From Hyaloraphidium curvatum SAG 235-1 (Eukaryota; Fungi; Monoblepharomycota), in NCBI GenBank assembly GCA_025558095.1, contig JAIVFI010000001.1, positions 992,001-1,056,000 of the forward strand: a stretch of DNA of 64,000 nucleotides. Reading direction: 5' to 3'. Positions 1 through 11,071 of the stretch are shown in pieces. The notes under the pieces are model-generated. The model was not told where the DNA came from, made no database searches, and saw only the letters and a list, made by a program, of their open reading frames with translations. How positions within the stretch are numbered: the first letter of the stretch is position 1; the number at the start of each line of letters is the position of its first letter. The translations under genes were made by a program, and so were the position numbers.

Positions 1-588
1 CGCAGAGATCCAGACCCAGATCAGCACCGGCCCCGGCATTGCAGACCCCCGCGCCCTCTTCCTCGAAAAGTACGAGGCCGCCTTCGCCGCGTACCTCGCC
101 CGCCCGGACCCGGACCGGTTCAAGGGGCGGCAGGCGTACGACGAGTTCCGGCGGCAGGTGTGGGAGGTCCGGCACGAGGGCGAGGTGCTGCCGGACGAGG
201 GGCAAGTGGACGAGGAGGCGGACTTGATCCAGGGCACGCAGAAGCTGCCGACAAAGTGCCCGCTCACCAAGGTGTGGCTGGAGGACCCGGTGGAGGTGCC
301 GCGGTGCAAGCACGTGTTTTCCCGGGCGGCCATCATGCAGATGGAGGTGCTGCAAGGGCTCGTGGAGGTGGGTGCTCATCTCATCGACCGGCAGATGGCC
401 AGCTGACCATGCCTGCCCCAAAGTGCCCTGTGCCGGCCTGCAAAACGCGCTTCAGGAAGACGGACCTGCTGCCCCGGAAGGACATCGTGAAGCACGTCGA
501 GCGGGAGCGGAGGAAGTTGCAGCAGCGGGCGGAGGACGGCGAGGAGGAGGACGAGGAGGACGACGAGGAGTTTGCGAAATTCCGATAG
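1..588 (+). CDS. NSE2: SUMO E3 ligase Nse2/Mms21 (SP-RING), 5'-partial; intron ~347-402
   Basis: Spliced frame reads CPLTKVWLEDPVEVPRCKHVFSRAAI...KCPVPAC, the zf-Nse SP-RING pattern, followed by an acidic tail. The frame is open from base 2. Confidence 0.8.
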   Translation, partial: RRDPDPDQHRPRHCRPPRPLPRKVRGRLRRVPRPPGPGPVQGAAGVRRVPAAGVGGPARGRGAAGRGASGRGGGLDPGHAEAADKVPAHQGVAGGPGGGAAVQARVFPGGHHADGGAARARGGGCSSHRPADGQLTMPAPKCPVPACKTRFRKTDLLPRKDIVKHVERERRKLQQRAEDGEEEDEEDDEEFAKFR

Positions 589-689
589 CGAGCCCGTTCT
601 ATACCATTGGATGTACAGACTTCCCTCATGAACTATTCCCGCTGCTTCATTCTTTTACCGTCTTTGACGTAACGTCTTGCCGATCTTGC

Positions 690-1064
690 CGTCCTGCCGC
701 GTCGAAACCCCGACCGTGCACGTGCGGGAGAGCGAGGATTCCAGTGCGAGCCGAAGCCCGCGCCGGTTTCAACGACACTCTCCCCGCCCGAAGGCTCCTC
801 GGGGCGCCAGGCCGGCGCCCTTACCCCGTGCCGATCGTGGCCCTTGGTCCTTGTCGCCCTGCCACACTGCCGCCTTGAACCCCGATCGTGCACGTGCGGG
901 AGGGCGAGTATTCCAGCGCGAGCCGAAGCCCGCGCCGGTCTCAACGACACTCTCCCGCCCGAAGGCTCCTCGGGACACCAGGCCCAACAACCCCTCCTCG
1001 CCCTAAGACTCCTCGGGGCGCCAGGCTGGCGACCCTTACCCCGTGCCGATCGTGGCCCTCGCTT
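690..1064. repeat. ~175-bp tandem duplication inside repeat copy 1
   Basis: The unit 'aaccccga(c/t)cgtgcacgtgcgggag...ccgaagcccgcgccggt...cttaccccgtgccgatcgtggccct' occurs twice. Confidence 0.9.
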
Positions 1065-1144
1065 CTTGTCGTCCTGCCGCCCTGGCGCCTAGTCGTCCTG
1101 CCGCCCTGGCGCCTTGCCGTCTTGACGCCTTGCCGACTTGCCGT
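1065..1144. repeat. Degenerate octamer array, CTTGCCGY-like, about 10 units
   Basis: cttgtcgt cctgccgc cctggcgc ctagtcgt cctgccgc cctggcgc cttgccgt cttgacgc cttgccga cttgccgt. The counterpart (GGCAAGGC)n is at ~48184-48230. Confidence 0.85.
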
Positions 1145-2565
1145 GCCTGGGACCTGCGAGGGAACGATGTACAGCGCCGCGCAGGCAGAGGGGACAGGCA
1201 GGCCCGGAGAGCAGTGGCGGACGGCGTCGTCAAACGACCCGCGCGCTTAGTGCTGCACCGAGGTGCTCGGGCTTTGGCCCGTCTCCCGCACCTGCCCGCC
1301 CCCCACCTGCCGGGCAGAAGCCGGCCCCGCAGCCAGCGCCGAAGCGCCGTCCGGAGACCGGCCTCGGAGAACCCGGGCGGATGCGGCCGCCTGGGCACGG
1401 GCTCCGGCAGCACCAAGGCCGCCCTCCGAAGAGTGAGCCCGGCCGGGTCCGCACCGGACCCGGGTCCCCGTTCCCGCTCTGCGCAGCGCCGCCGCCTTGA
1501 TGTCCACCAGCCTTGCTCGAGGAACGGGCCAGCGCGCACTCACCTCGCATGCATCTGCCACCTCTGCACCAGGGAGCTCGTGGGCCGTCGGAGGCTTGGC
1601 CGCGGCTCCGAAGAGACCACCGGCTGCCGCCCCACCACAAGGGTGCTCCCGGGGTTGTACCCCCTCTCTCGCAGCCCGGCGAGCCCCCTGGTCGCCCCGC
1701 GGTACGCCGGCGGCGGAGAGCAGCATGCACCGCCCGCCGGCGCCGGCATTCGGGGGTTGCCGGATGGGTGCGGCAGCTTTGGCGCCGGCTCCGGCCATCC
1801 GGCCTCTCGAGGAGCCGGCGCCGGGGCCGCACCCGCCCGGACCCCCGAACCTGCCTCCCCCGCCCGCGCCGCCGTCCAATCGGGTGTTTCCGATGCAGCG
1901 ACAGCGCGGGCACGCGTGCACCCGGCGCCCCGCGGTCCCGCCGGCCGCCCGATGCCGCCCGCGCGCGAGACGCCGTCCCAAACAATGGGCCGTGCGCGGG
2001 CGCGGGAGCAGCTGCGGCCCCGCCGCGCCGCACGGCTGTCTGCATTACTGCAGGCAGCCGGCGGGCGCGGCGGCGGGCCGGGCTGGCGGCGTGGCGCGGG
2101 CGGGGAGTGATTGTAGTGGGGTTCCGGATGCATAGTCTCAGATTGGGATGCCGCCGCCTTATATGTACCTTCAACCCTAGCTCTAACCTAGCGGGCCGCC
2201 GTCCGGCATCCGAATCCGGCGCATCGTGCCGCCCTGTGCGCTCTCCGCGGGTCGCGGGGCCTCAAGCAATTACATTCGGCCGCACAGCGGAGATACCGCC
2301 GTGGGCGCCTGCCCGCCGTAGCGGGAGACAGGCGACAGAATGCCATGTTTGCGATCACGCGGTACTTGCTCGTGGCGCCTTTTGGAGCTGTACGTGGCCG
2401 GAGGAGCCCGATGAGTAGTCGGTTCGCTGCTTGCCTCTTCAGAATTGACGGCAGAACGGGCCGACTCCCTCGCGTGCCGCGGCGGACGCCGTTTCGAGGG
2501 CCAGAAGGGTTGTCCAACTAGTCTGTTCAAGAATGCACTGCTCCGCGACAATCATTTCCCGTGAT

Positions 2566-3646
2566 TTAAGCCCGCGCCCGAGGCAAAGCCGGCCTCCCGT
2601 CCCCCTTCTGGCCCTCCCTCGCATCTTTCCCCTCCGCGCCCCGCTCGCCGTCCTCGTCGACGATGGGGACGTACACCGGCGGCCGCGAGAAATGGTCCAG
2701 CGCCTTTTCCAGCTCGTCCAGCGTGCCCTCGATCCTCCTGCGCCGCGCCTTCATGGCCAGCGTGTCCACGACGATGGGCATGCGCGAGAGCTCGTCGATG
2801 AGCCGGTCCTGCTCTGCGAACGCGGCACCGCGTCAACACATCCGTGCTGCATCACAACGAGAAACCCACTTCGGCGGAGGTACTCGAGCGTCTCGAGCCG
2901 TTCCTCCTCGGGCATCACCGCAAAACCGGGCGGGATGGCGCGGATCCGCCGGCGCTCGGCGAGCTCCTCCTCCCGCCTGCGCTCCTCCCGGGCCCACTCG
3001 TCCTTGCGCTTCGTCAGACTGGCGGGAGATGTGAGCTTTTTCGTCGGCGGAGGTAAGCGGAGCCTGGAGCAACCCACTAGGCCGGAATCTGCCCCGGAAA
3101 CGTCGGTATCGACGCCGTCCGGCCGTTCGACTGGCCCTTGCCCGACTGAATTGACACGAAGGCGTCAGCTGTCGCCGCCGTAGCTGGAAGGGCGGGGCGG
3201 CCCACCTTCAGCGGCGTCTCCTTTGCTCTCGCCGCGTTGAGCCCCACGTAGTCCACCGCCGGCCGCCCCTGCGCGCACGCGGCCCGGGCCCTGCACCCGG
3301 CCGCGCAGCACGGACACACCCCGTGGTCCTCCTCCCCTGCCGCTTTCTGTGGCGCCCCTGTGGCCGCCCCCAGTTCGCGGGCCCCCTTGGTCCCCCGCGT
3401 GTCGACGCGCGCCGGCACGCCCTCGAACTCGCGCAGCCTGAACGGCCGCGGCTTCGGCGCCGCGTCCTCCCTTTTCTTTGTTTGCACCGCGCGCTCGAGC
3501 TCGCGCAGCCGCGCGCGGTTGCGCCGGTCGAAGTCCTCGCCGCCCGCGCGCCGCCGCTCCGTCAGCGCGAGCCCGCCGATGTCCGACAGCAGCCGCGCGA
3601 CCGCCGCGCCCGAGAGCTCCTGCCGCAGCCGCTTCTTGGCGTCCAT
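2566..3646 (-). CDS. ENKD1: Enkurin domain-containing protein (ENKD1-like); 2 introns
   Basis: Spliced protein reads DFDRRNRARLRELE...PFRLREFEGVPARV...GQIPAYLTKRKDEW...IPPGFAVMPEEERLETLE...MPIVVDTLAMKARRRRIEGTLDELEKALDHFSRPPVYV, the enkurin C-terminal signature. Confidence 0.85.
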
Positions 3647-3906
3647 GATTTTGGGGGGAGGGGCAGGGGGCCAATTCGGAAGTCGGGTTGGCTCACCCGC
3701 GTCCGGCGGGCCATGGGTTCCCAGTTCCCATCAGGACAAGCGGCGATCAGTCCGGCCGTCTCGCGTCGCAGGCTGCCATTTACATTCATGGAATCAAGAG
3801 TGGGTATCGTTTCCGCGCTTCCTGCCCCCTTCCCGCCCTCTTCGCCCCGCAGACGAGCAAGGTCCCCGTCCTCCCCATCTGCCGTCCCTCCAGCACCCGT
3901 CCAGCC

Positions 3907-4549
3907 CTACCGCCCCTTCTTCCCCTTGCCACGCACCGGCCCTCCGCCCTTTTTCGGCTGCTGCGGCGTCGCCCGCTTCCCCGGCACCGACGGCGACGCG
4001 CCGGCCGCCTGCGCCCCCGACGGCGCGCCTCCCGTTGCTGAAAGGCGGAGCAGTGCCGCATCGAACACAAACGGACAACGTAGTTGGTTGGAAGGGGGGG
4101 AAACGGGCCCGAAGGTCAGCGAATCGTCTCCCTCCCGCAAGACAGAGAACCCACGGGCCCCCGCGACCGCCGCGGCCTGCTCCGCCCCCTCCTCCGGCGC
4201 CTTCCTGCACATCATCTTCTCCATCAGCGACCTGTTGAGCCGCTCCAGCTTCCGCAGGTCCGGCAGCCGGTCAGTGCGGTACGACAGCGTCTGCCGCCCG
4301 CGGAGCGCTGGTCAGCCCGCATTCCGGCCCGGGAGCATGCGGGGAGGGTCACCGTCGGGCCGTCGGTCACCCGCAGGATCAGCATCCCGTCCGCGTGGCG
4401 GTAGCGCGTCACGAAGCGCGTCTGGGGCGTCGCGTTCAGGGCGGGACCGGAGGGCGGGGGCGGGCGGGGCAACCCACCCGCGTCGGCGCGGCGGCGTAGA
4501 GCTCCTCGACCGCGCGCTGGAACTCGTCCCACAGCTCGATGTACACCAT
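3907..4549 (-). CDS. SRP9: Signal recognition particle Alu-domain subunit SRP9/Srp21; 2 introns
   Basis: MVYIELWDEFQRAVEELYAAAPTR / TRFVTRYRHADGMLILRVTDGPT / LSYRTDRLPDLRKLERLN, with a basic tail as in fungal Srp21. Confidence 0.85.
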
Positions 4550-4649
4550 CGCGGGATGTGTGGAGGGGAGAAACAAAGTGGTCTTGACTCCGCGTCGCCG
4601 AACTTCTGGGAGGCGATCACCACCTGCCAACCGATCCGTCCGGCGAGCG

Positions 4650-6094
4650 ATGGAGCTGCGGGACGCGTGGCGCAAAGCAAAGGACGCGCTCGTCCGCGAG
4701 CTCGGCGGCGGCGAGGTGCCCGGCGAGCCCGCGGAGCCCCCCGCGAAGCGCCGCCGCGCCGAAGCTGTCCCGGACAGGGGCCCCGCCTCCAACACTGGTG
4801 GGCTGCCCTGCTTCCCCCTGCCGAATCATTATATCGATCTCTCAATTGTCCCCAATCAGCATACTACGCGTCCTGGCAGCTGGACCTGTGGCGCCGCACG
4901 CTCGCCGCCCTCTCCGCGGACCCGCCCGACGCCGAAGCCGCCCGCTCGGGCGCCGCCGCGCTGCTCGAGGCCGAGTGGCTGGAGCTCCACTCGCGATACT
5001 ACAAGGACGTCTCGGCGGCCACCAGGCGCGCGTACGCGGACGCGGCGCTGTGCGGGGCGCTGTGCGCTTCTCTCCCCCTGGTGGGCGAAACTCCGGAAGG
5101 GGAGGAAGGGGTGGTGAGGGCCAAGGAGGCGATCGGGATGCTGGACGATGCGCTGGTCATGGTCGGCAGGCCGCGGGGCGACAGACTCGTGGACGACCTC
5201 GTGGAGGCGCTCGAGGGTCTGCTGGAGCGCGAACAGCCCCCGGTACGGACCCCGGCGTCCTCCTTCAGCATCGGCGACCCGCCTCCCATGGACCTCACCC
5301 GCCCCGTGCGGCGGCTGGACAAGCCCATGTCTCTGTCGGCCTTTGCCGCCCACGTCGCGGGGCCGTGCACCCCGTTCGTCGTCTCTGGCCTGCTGGACCA
5401 CTGGCCCGCGCTCTCGGACCGGCCGTGGTCCGACCTCGGCTACTTCGAGAAACTGGTCGGGCGGCATCGTCGCGTGCCCGTGGAGCTCGGCGGGCGCTAC
5501 ACCGACGACGACTGGGCCCAAAAGATCATTCCGTTCGGCGAGTTCCTGGACGACTACGTGGTCGGCGGCGGGCGGAGCAGCCCCGGCCCCGACCGCGACG
5601 GGATCGAGCTCCGGCAGGGCTACCTCGCTCAGCACGACCTGATGGGGCAGATCCCGCGGCTGCGGGCGGACGTGGCGGTGCCCGACTACGCGTTTGCGAT
5701 CGGCGCCTCGGACGCCTCGGACCGGCCCCCGCCGGACCCGATCGTCAACCTCTGGTTCGGCCCCGCGGGCACCGTCTCCCCCGCGCACACGGACCCGCAC
5801 CACAACCTGTACGCGCAGGTCGCCGGTCACAAGTACGCGCGCCTCTTCGCGCCCTCCCAGGCGGAAAGGCTGTACCCCGCGGGCGGGATCATCTCCAACA
5901 CGTCGCGTGTGGACGTCGAGGACCCCGACCTCGCGGAGCACCCGCTGTTTGCCGGGGCAGAGTACGAGGAGGCGGTGCTCGCGCCGGGGGACCTGCTGTT
6001 CATACCCAAAGGGTGGTGGCACTACCTGCGCAGCCTGACGGTGTCGTGCAGCGTGTCATTCTGGCTGCCCGATGCGGTTGGGGAGGGGGGTTAG
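4650..6094 (+). CDS. KDM8: JmjC cupin-like dioxygenase, JMJD5/KDM8-like; 1 intron
   Basis: Motifs RRVPVELGGRYTDDDWAQK, GYLAQHDL, NLWFGPAGTVSPAHTDPHHNLYAQVAGHKY, and LAPGDLLFIPKGWWHY (HxD...H iron triad). Confidence 0.9.
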
Positions 6095-6257
6095 CGGGCG
6101 GTGCTGCCTGCGGCGGATCGGGGGACGATTCGAGGATTTCGACCCCCGCGGGCAATCGGGCTGGTGCCGACGCGGCATCTGTGCGGCCTGCTGAGGCGGC
6201 AGGGGGTAATCATGGCCTGGGGCGCAATGAAGAGTACCTGTGTGTCGGATGGAAGGC

Positions 6258-6277
6258 GGGGGGGGGGGGGGGGGGGG
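6258..6277. repeat. G20 homopolymer
   Basis: Twenty consecutive G bases. Confidence 0.95.
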
Positions 6278-6667
6278 CGATCGCAGGCCTGACCTCCCAG
6301 AAGTGCGGGGGGCGTTTGTTTACGCGCTTTTGTTGTGCTTCGTGACGCGGCAGTCCGGACCATTTTCTCCGCCGGTGGCGACGCGGCAGCCGGCTTGGCA
6401 CGCGCCAACGTGCCGGACGCGACCATCCATCAGTCGCAGCGAGTCCAGCCGCCGATCGCCGCGTTGCCCCGCGATCTCCGGTGCTGCGGTGGTCCCGGGG
6501 CGGCAGACGTTCTGGACACGACCGGTTGTGTTTTCACCAGCCGGACGCCCAGCCCGTCTCCTCTAGCACGTCGGCCGGGGGTGCCTGCCGGCGCGAGCAC
6601 CAGCGCGGCGAGGAGCGCGGCGAGGAGCAGCGGGCGGACGGCCGGCCGGAGCCGCGCGCCGCCGCCA

Positions 6668-7532
6668 TGCCGAAGCGCAAGCCGGGCCCCGCCGGCATGA
6701 GGGCGCGCGCCGACGCGGCCGCCGTGCCGCCTCCCCGCGCGCCGACGCCGCCGCCCGCAGCGGTCGCCGCGCCGTACCCGCTGCCGACGCGGGACGCTGA
6801 CCCGGGCGGCGTGTCGCCCCGCAGGCGGTGGGTTGCCGCCCCTCCACGCCGGCCCCGTCTAACCCTGGCCGGGCCCCCCCCAAACCGCCCCTATCATCCT
6901 CCCTAACCTCTCTAACCGCCGCCGCCTAACTGCCGCCTTCCGCCGCCCGCCCGCCGGCTCCGGCCCCCCCCCCCCCCGTCCCCCACCCAACCATCACCCG
7001 CCGCCCCTCCAGCAAGGGCCTCCCGCGCCGCGCTGCCGCAAAGGACGACTCGCGCTCGGGCGTCGTGCTCAACATCCTGCCGCTGCCAGACGCCGCGTGC
7101 TGGTGCGGCATCCGCTCGGTCGTCGGCCAGGACGCCTCGGCGCTGCTGCACACGCACATGCGCCGCAGGGCGCCCCGCCGCGCGGACCTCGCCGCATCGC
7201 AGGCCTCGTCGGCCGGCAGCATCGACGGCTCCGTCTCCGACTCGGAGAGCGTCTCGAGCGGCGCCTCGTACGGCCGCAGCACTGCCAGCCGCGCCTCGGC
7301 GCTGCCCACGCCGCCGCTCAACGGCCACGCCGAGCCCCCCGGCACCCCGGCGCACAACCACCACGACGCGTCCTCGGACGCCGACAAGCGCTCGCCGCGG
7401 CACCTGCGCACCGACTCCAAGATGGACCTCGGCCAGCTCACGCCGCCAAACTCGTCCCCCACCTCGCCGTCGGTCGACCTGCCGCTGCTCCTGCGCCTGC
7501 CGGCCAGGAACGCGCGCGCCGCGAGGCGCTGA
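6668..7532 (+). CDS. Hypothetical low-complexity protein; probable intron ~6828-7011
   Basis: ATG at 6668 (MPKRKPGP...), a GTGGGT donor, CTAAC motifs and a CCTCCAG acceptor. The downstream exon has strong GC3 codon bias. No recognisable domain. Confidence 0.4.
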
Positions 7533-7613
7533 ACGTTCGCCGCTCGCCGGCGTGCCGCGTAACTTTATCCAACTTGGCGGCATCGAATACCTTTGGCGGT
7601 TGTTGGGCTGGGT

Positions 7614-7649
7614 GGACGGACGGAGGACGGACGGACGGATGGACGGACG
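7614..7649. repeat. (GGAC)n imperfect microsatellite
   Basis: ggacggacggaggacggacggacggatggacggacg. Confidence 0.85.
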
Positions 7650-7980
7650 GGGCTTGGAATGACATTTACGGAGCCGCCCGGGCGGGCGTCTGCATTCATG
7701 GGAGGAAGTGGCCGGCGCGGGTGCGCGAGCCATGCGGCGGGTGGAGGGCCGCACGCCGTGCGCGGGCTTTGTGCTGTGCGGGCGAAAAATACTGGTATCT
7801 CTTTGGCAGTCGCGAGCCGCTGCGTCCTTCAACGTCGCGTACGCCGTTTCGCATTGTGTCCGCGTCCGCCGCACATCATTCCGGACCGGTGCGACACGTG
7901 GTGGACCGAGGGCGGCGCTCCGGCGAGTCAGGGAGAGGCATCCATTCAGCTTTGTACAGTGGAGGGATTGGAATCGTCGC

Positions 7981-8936
7981 TCAGATGAAGCCAATCTGCG
8001 GAACGCGCCGGTTAGGATGGATACAGCCGAGCAGGGCCCGCCGCAACGCACCTTGTTTGCCACGTCCAGCGCGTCCACGTCCGCCGCCAGCCGCACGTAC
8101 GCCTTCTTGTTGCCATCCGGTCTGCCGTACCCGCGAGTGAGCCCCACGCAACGTGCCAGGTAGCGAGTGGACACCCACCGCACGAGGGTGTTGATCTTCG
8201 CCACCTCGACGTTGTACAACCGCTTCACGGCGTCCTTGATCTTCCGCTTGTTCGACTTGACGTCGCACACAAACACCAGCGTGTTGTCCTCCTCGATCTT
8301 CTTCATCGCCGTCTCGGTGTTGAGCGGGTACTTGAGCACCTTGGAGTCGTCCAGCTGCGGCTGCCGCGGCGTCGACCGCCGCGCGTACTTGGGTTTCCGG
8401 GGCAGGCGCAGCGTCTTGGGCCGGAAAAAGTGCACCGAGGGGCGGATCTTGCGGGACTGCTTGCCCTGCACGCCCTTGACGACGGCCTTCTTGGCCGCCT
8501 GGGCCTTGGCCTTGTCGGCCGCGGCGGGGGCTGCTGCAAAGGGGGTCAGCGGGATGTCCTGGTCCGCCACTCCGCAAGCACGCCGTCAATGTCCTCCGTG
8601 GGTGTCCTCCGTCCTCAGTGCCAGGCCTCCGGGTCCAGATGGGGTGCGGGGCAGGGCGGTCCGCGTCCAGCATTTGCGTGCTCCCGCGTCGCATGCCCGC
8701 CTGCCGGCCCCCAATCCCGCCCCGCCACCCCATCTGCCCTCTGTCCGCAGCCAGAAATGCCTCCAGTGACCCCAGCCGGCCCCACACCCCGCGTCGCCGT
8801 GCCCGCTGGTTCTCGGCCGCGCACCGAGCTCCCGCGTCCGCTCCCGCCCGCGTCCCGGCACGATGCCCCGAAGCTCGCTGTCCGACACAGTCCAGAAAGC
8901 TTGCAGCCGATTCTCACCTGCTTTCTTCGGTGCCAT
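7981..8936 (-). CDS. RPL25: 60S ribosomal protein uL23 (L25/L23a); 3 introns, the first 384 nt
   Basis: Exon 1 is MAPKKA (8936-8918). Later exons give [15 protein letters not shown]...[19 protein letters not shown]...[34 protein letters not shown]. Confidence 0.97.
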
Positions 8937-9047
8937 CGGGAAGAACGGGGAGGAGGACGTGGGAGGATGGGGCCAAACAGTGGAGTGAACCTAACCCCAA
9001 TAATTCACCTCTCAGCAAAATCGGGGACGACCTCGCCCGCACCTAAA

Positions 9048-11071
9048 ATGGCGCTCCGACGCGTCGTGCGGCGGCTGCTGGGCCGGCCGCCCGAGCTCGA
9101 GCTCGACGTCGATCTGGACACCGACGAGGACCGCCGGCGGCGCACGCTGATCGTCGTGTCGATCTGGCTGACCGTCGTGCTCGTCGGCGTGCCGGTCTGG
9201 TGGAAGACCACCGAGGTGTACCGCGCGCCGCTGCCGTTCGCCGAGATGGCCTCGTGGGCAGAGGACGGCGTAAGTGCTGCGGCTGTCCACGGGCACCTGC
9301 GGGGTCTGAATGCTTTGCAACTCCCCGAACAGGCAACGGACTACACGATACCGATCTCCGTGACGCTGCACCTGCCGCCCCGCGCCCTGCCGGCCGATTC
9401 CGCAGCCCGCTTGCCCGGCATCGTCGAGTCGGCAGTCAACGCCGTGTTCGACAGGCGCGGCGCGGAGCTCGAGGGGTTCGACCGGCGGACTGGCGGGGAG
9501 GGCGAGGGCCGGGCGGTCGACGTGCAGCCGCCCAGGCCGCGGTTCGCATTCTCGCTATCCGTGAGCACGGACGTGCAGGACTCGTGGGGTGGCATGCCCG
9601 AGTGGGGTGAGTTGGCCCGCAGTTGCATTCGCACCCAGTCAGGATGTGACGCGCAGGCCGCAGACCTCGACGACAAGCTGGGGTCGCTTTTCCCTTCGGC
9701 GACGCACGGCAGCTACCACGTGGTGCTCCTGCCGACGCTGCCTCCGCACTCGTGGAAGATCTACGCCGGCCGCTTCCGCACTCTCCTCGTCCACCTGCCC
9801 GAGGCGTACGCGGGCGACACCGAGCGGCTCGAGGCCTTTGGCGACGCCGCCGTGACGGCCATCACGGGCGTGTTTGGCAGCGAGCTGTACCACCTGCGCA
9901 AGTCCGTGTCCGAGGACACGGCGAGGCAGATTGACGTACTGCGGACGGTCAAGTACTCCCCAGAGTACCTGATCACGTTCACGCTGCTCAATGCGGACCC
10001 GAACGAGGTGCTCGTGACCTGGGATATTGACGAGGCGCTGCGGGGTGGGTTGTCGAATGGCCTGCCGAGCTGCCGCTAACCACCCAAGCAGCCTACTTTT
10101 CGCCCCTCGTGCGTTCGCTCTCCTCCATCTCCAACATCACCCTGTCATCGCAGATCCTCTACCACTCCAACCTCCCTATGCCGCCCAACCGGGCAACGGG
10201 CCTGTCGGACCACCCGTTCTACTTCTTCCGCCCTGAGCATCTGCCCCACTTTGTCAACACGGCCGAGTGGAACCTGGCATCGGTGTCGACCTCTGCCCTG
10301 CCGATCAACCTGCTCGTTTACGTGCCCAAGCGCTCCGAGTACCCCCTCCACGTGCTCGACGCCGGCAAGCAGATCCTGCCCACCAACGCCTGGCTCGTCC
10401 CAGGCTGGGGCGGCGCCGTCATCTCCAACGCACCCCTGGAAAAGACCGGCGTCGGCAATCTCACCCTCCCTCCCAGCGGCCCGGTGCCCTTCCGCTTCAC
10501 CCGCGCCGAGCTCAAGCCCGTCCTGGAGATCTTCGTCTCCCAGGCACGCGAGCTCCTGGGCGTGCAACCCATGCTCATCGAGCAGGACTTTCTCTCCCCG
10601 CCGGGCACGCTCCCGCGGTACCCTTTGGTCGCAGCCGCCGCGGACCCGGACCGCGGGGTGACGGACTGGGAGGTGGATCGGCTCAAGCGCAAGCGCACCG
10701 CGCGCAACGTGCTTGACGCGGCGCGGGGGCTCGTGAGCCTGGGGAAGCTGGTGTCGGGGATGCCCAACATGGTCGTGCCGGACCGGATCGCGGAAGGGGT
10801 GGGCGCCGCGCTGCGGTCGCTGCGCTCGTGCGGGGAGCTCGTCGCACAAGGGGAGTTGGACGCGGCGTTCGCGGCGTCGAGGGACGCGCTGGCCAGGTCC
10901 GAGGCGGCCTTTTTCGATCCGACGATGGTGTCTATGCTCTATTTCCCGGACGAGCACAGGTACGCCGTGTACATGCCTTTTTTCGTGCCCGTCGGGGTGC
11001 CTCTGGTGGTAGGGCTGTTGAGCGAGATCAGGCGGTGGAGGGAGCGGCGGAAAAAGGCAAAGACGGACTGA
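9048..11071 (+). CDS. GPI17: GPI transamidase subunit PIG-S/Gpi17
   Basis: N-terminal TM segment GVPVWWKTTEVYRAPLP, an NAWLVPGWGG motif, and C-terminal SEAAFFDPTMVSMLYFPDEHRYAVYMPFFVP. Confidence 0.93.

Larger units (their letters stand above)
644..2652 (-). mobile_element. Dispersed ~2-kb repeat, copy 1 (probable non-autonomous element; empty-site copy)
   Basis: Reverse complement aligns by eye along nearly its whole length with 45679-46203 plus 47241-48453. No intact ORF. Confidence 0.85.

Noticed and set aside
633-662. 'DGKRMKQRE*' as the displaced original ENKD1 end with a GACGG target-site duplication
   Set aside because: The same stretch appears homologous to the end of copy 2 (~48431-48453), so it is likely part of the repeat.
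690-1144. Possible CRISPR-like array
   Set aside because: The repeats are tandem with no unique spacers, the context is eukaryotic, and there are no cas genes.
2408-2500. Hammerhead-like 'ccgatgag...gtttcg' in the repeat
   Set aside because: The core is not CTGATGA, and GAAA is not on the same strand in the required order.
3323-4649. N-terminal half of the 923-aa ORF 3323..6094
   Set aside because: It is antisense to ENKD1 and SRP9 and open only because of high GC. The real JmjC gene starts near 4650.
6912-7980. Long C-terminal extension of the RPL25 ORF (552 aa)
   Set aside because: This is read-through of unspliced introns. The spliced gene ends IGFI* at 7981.
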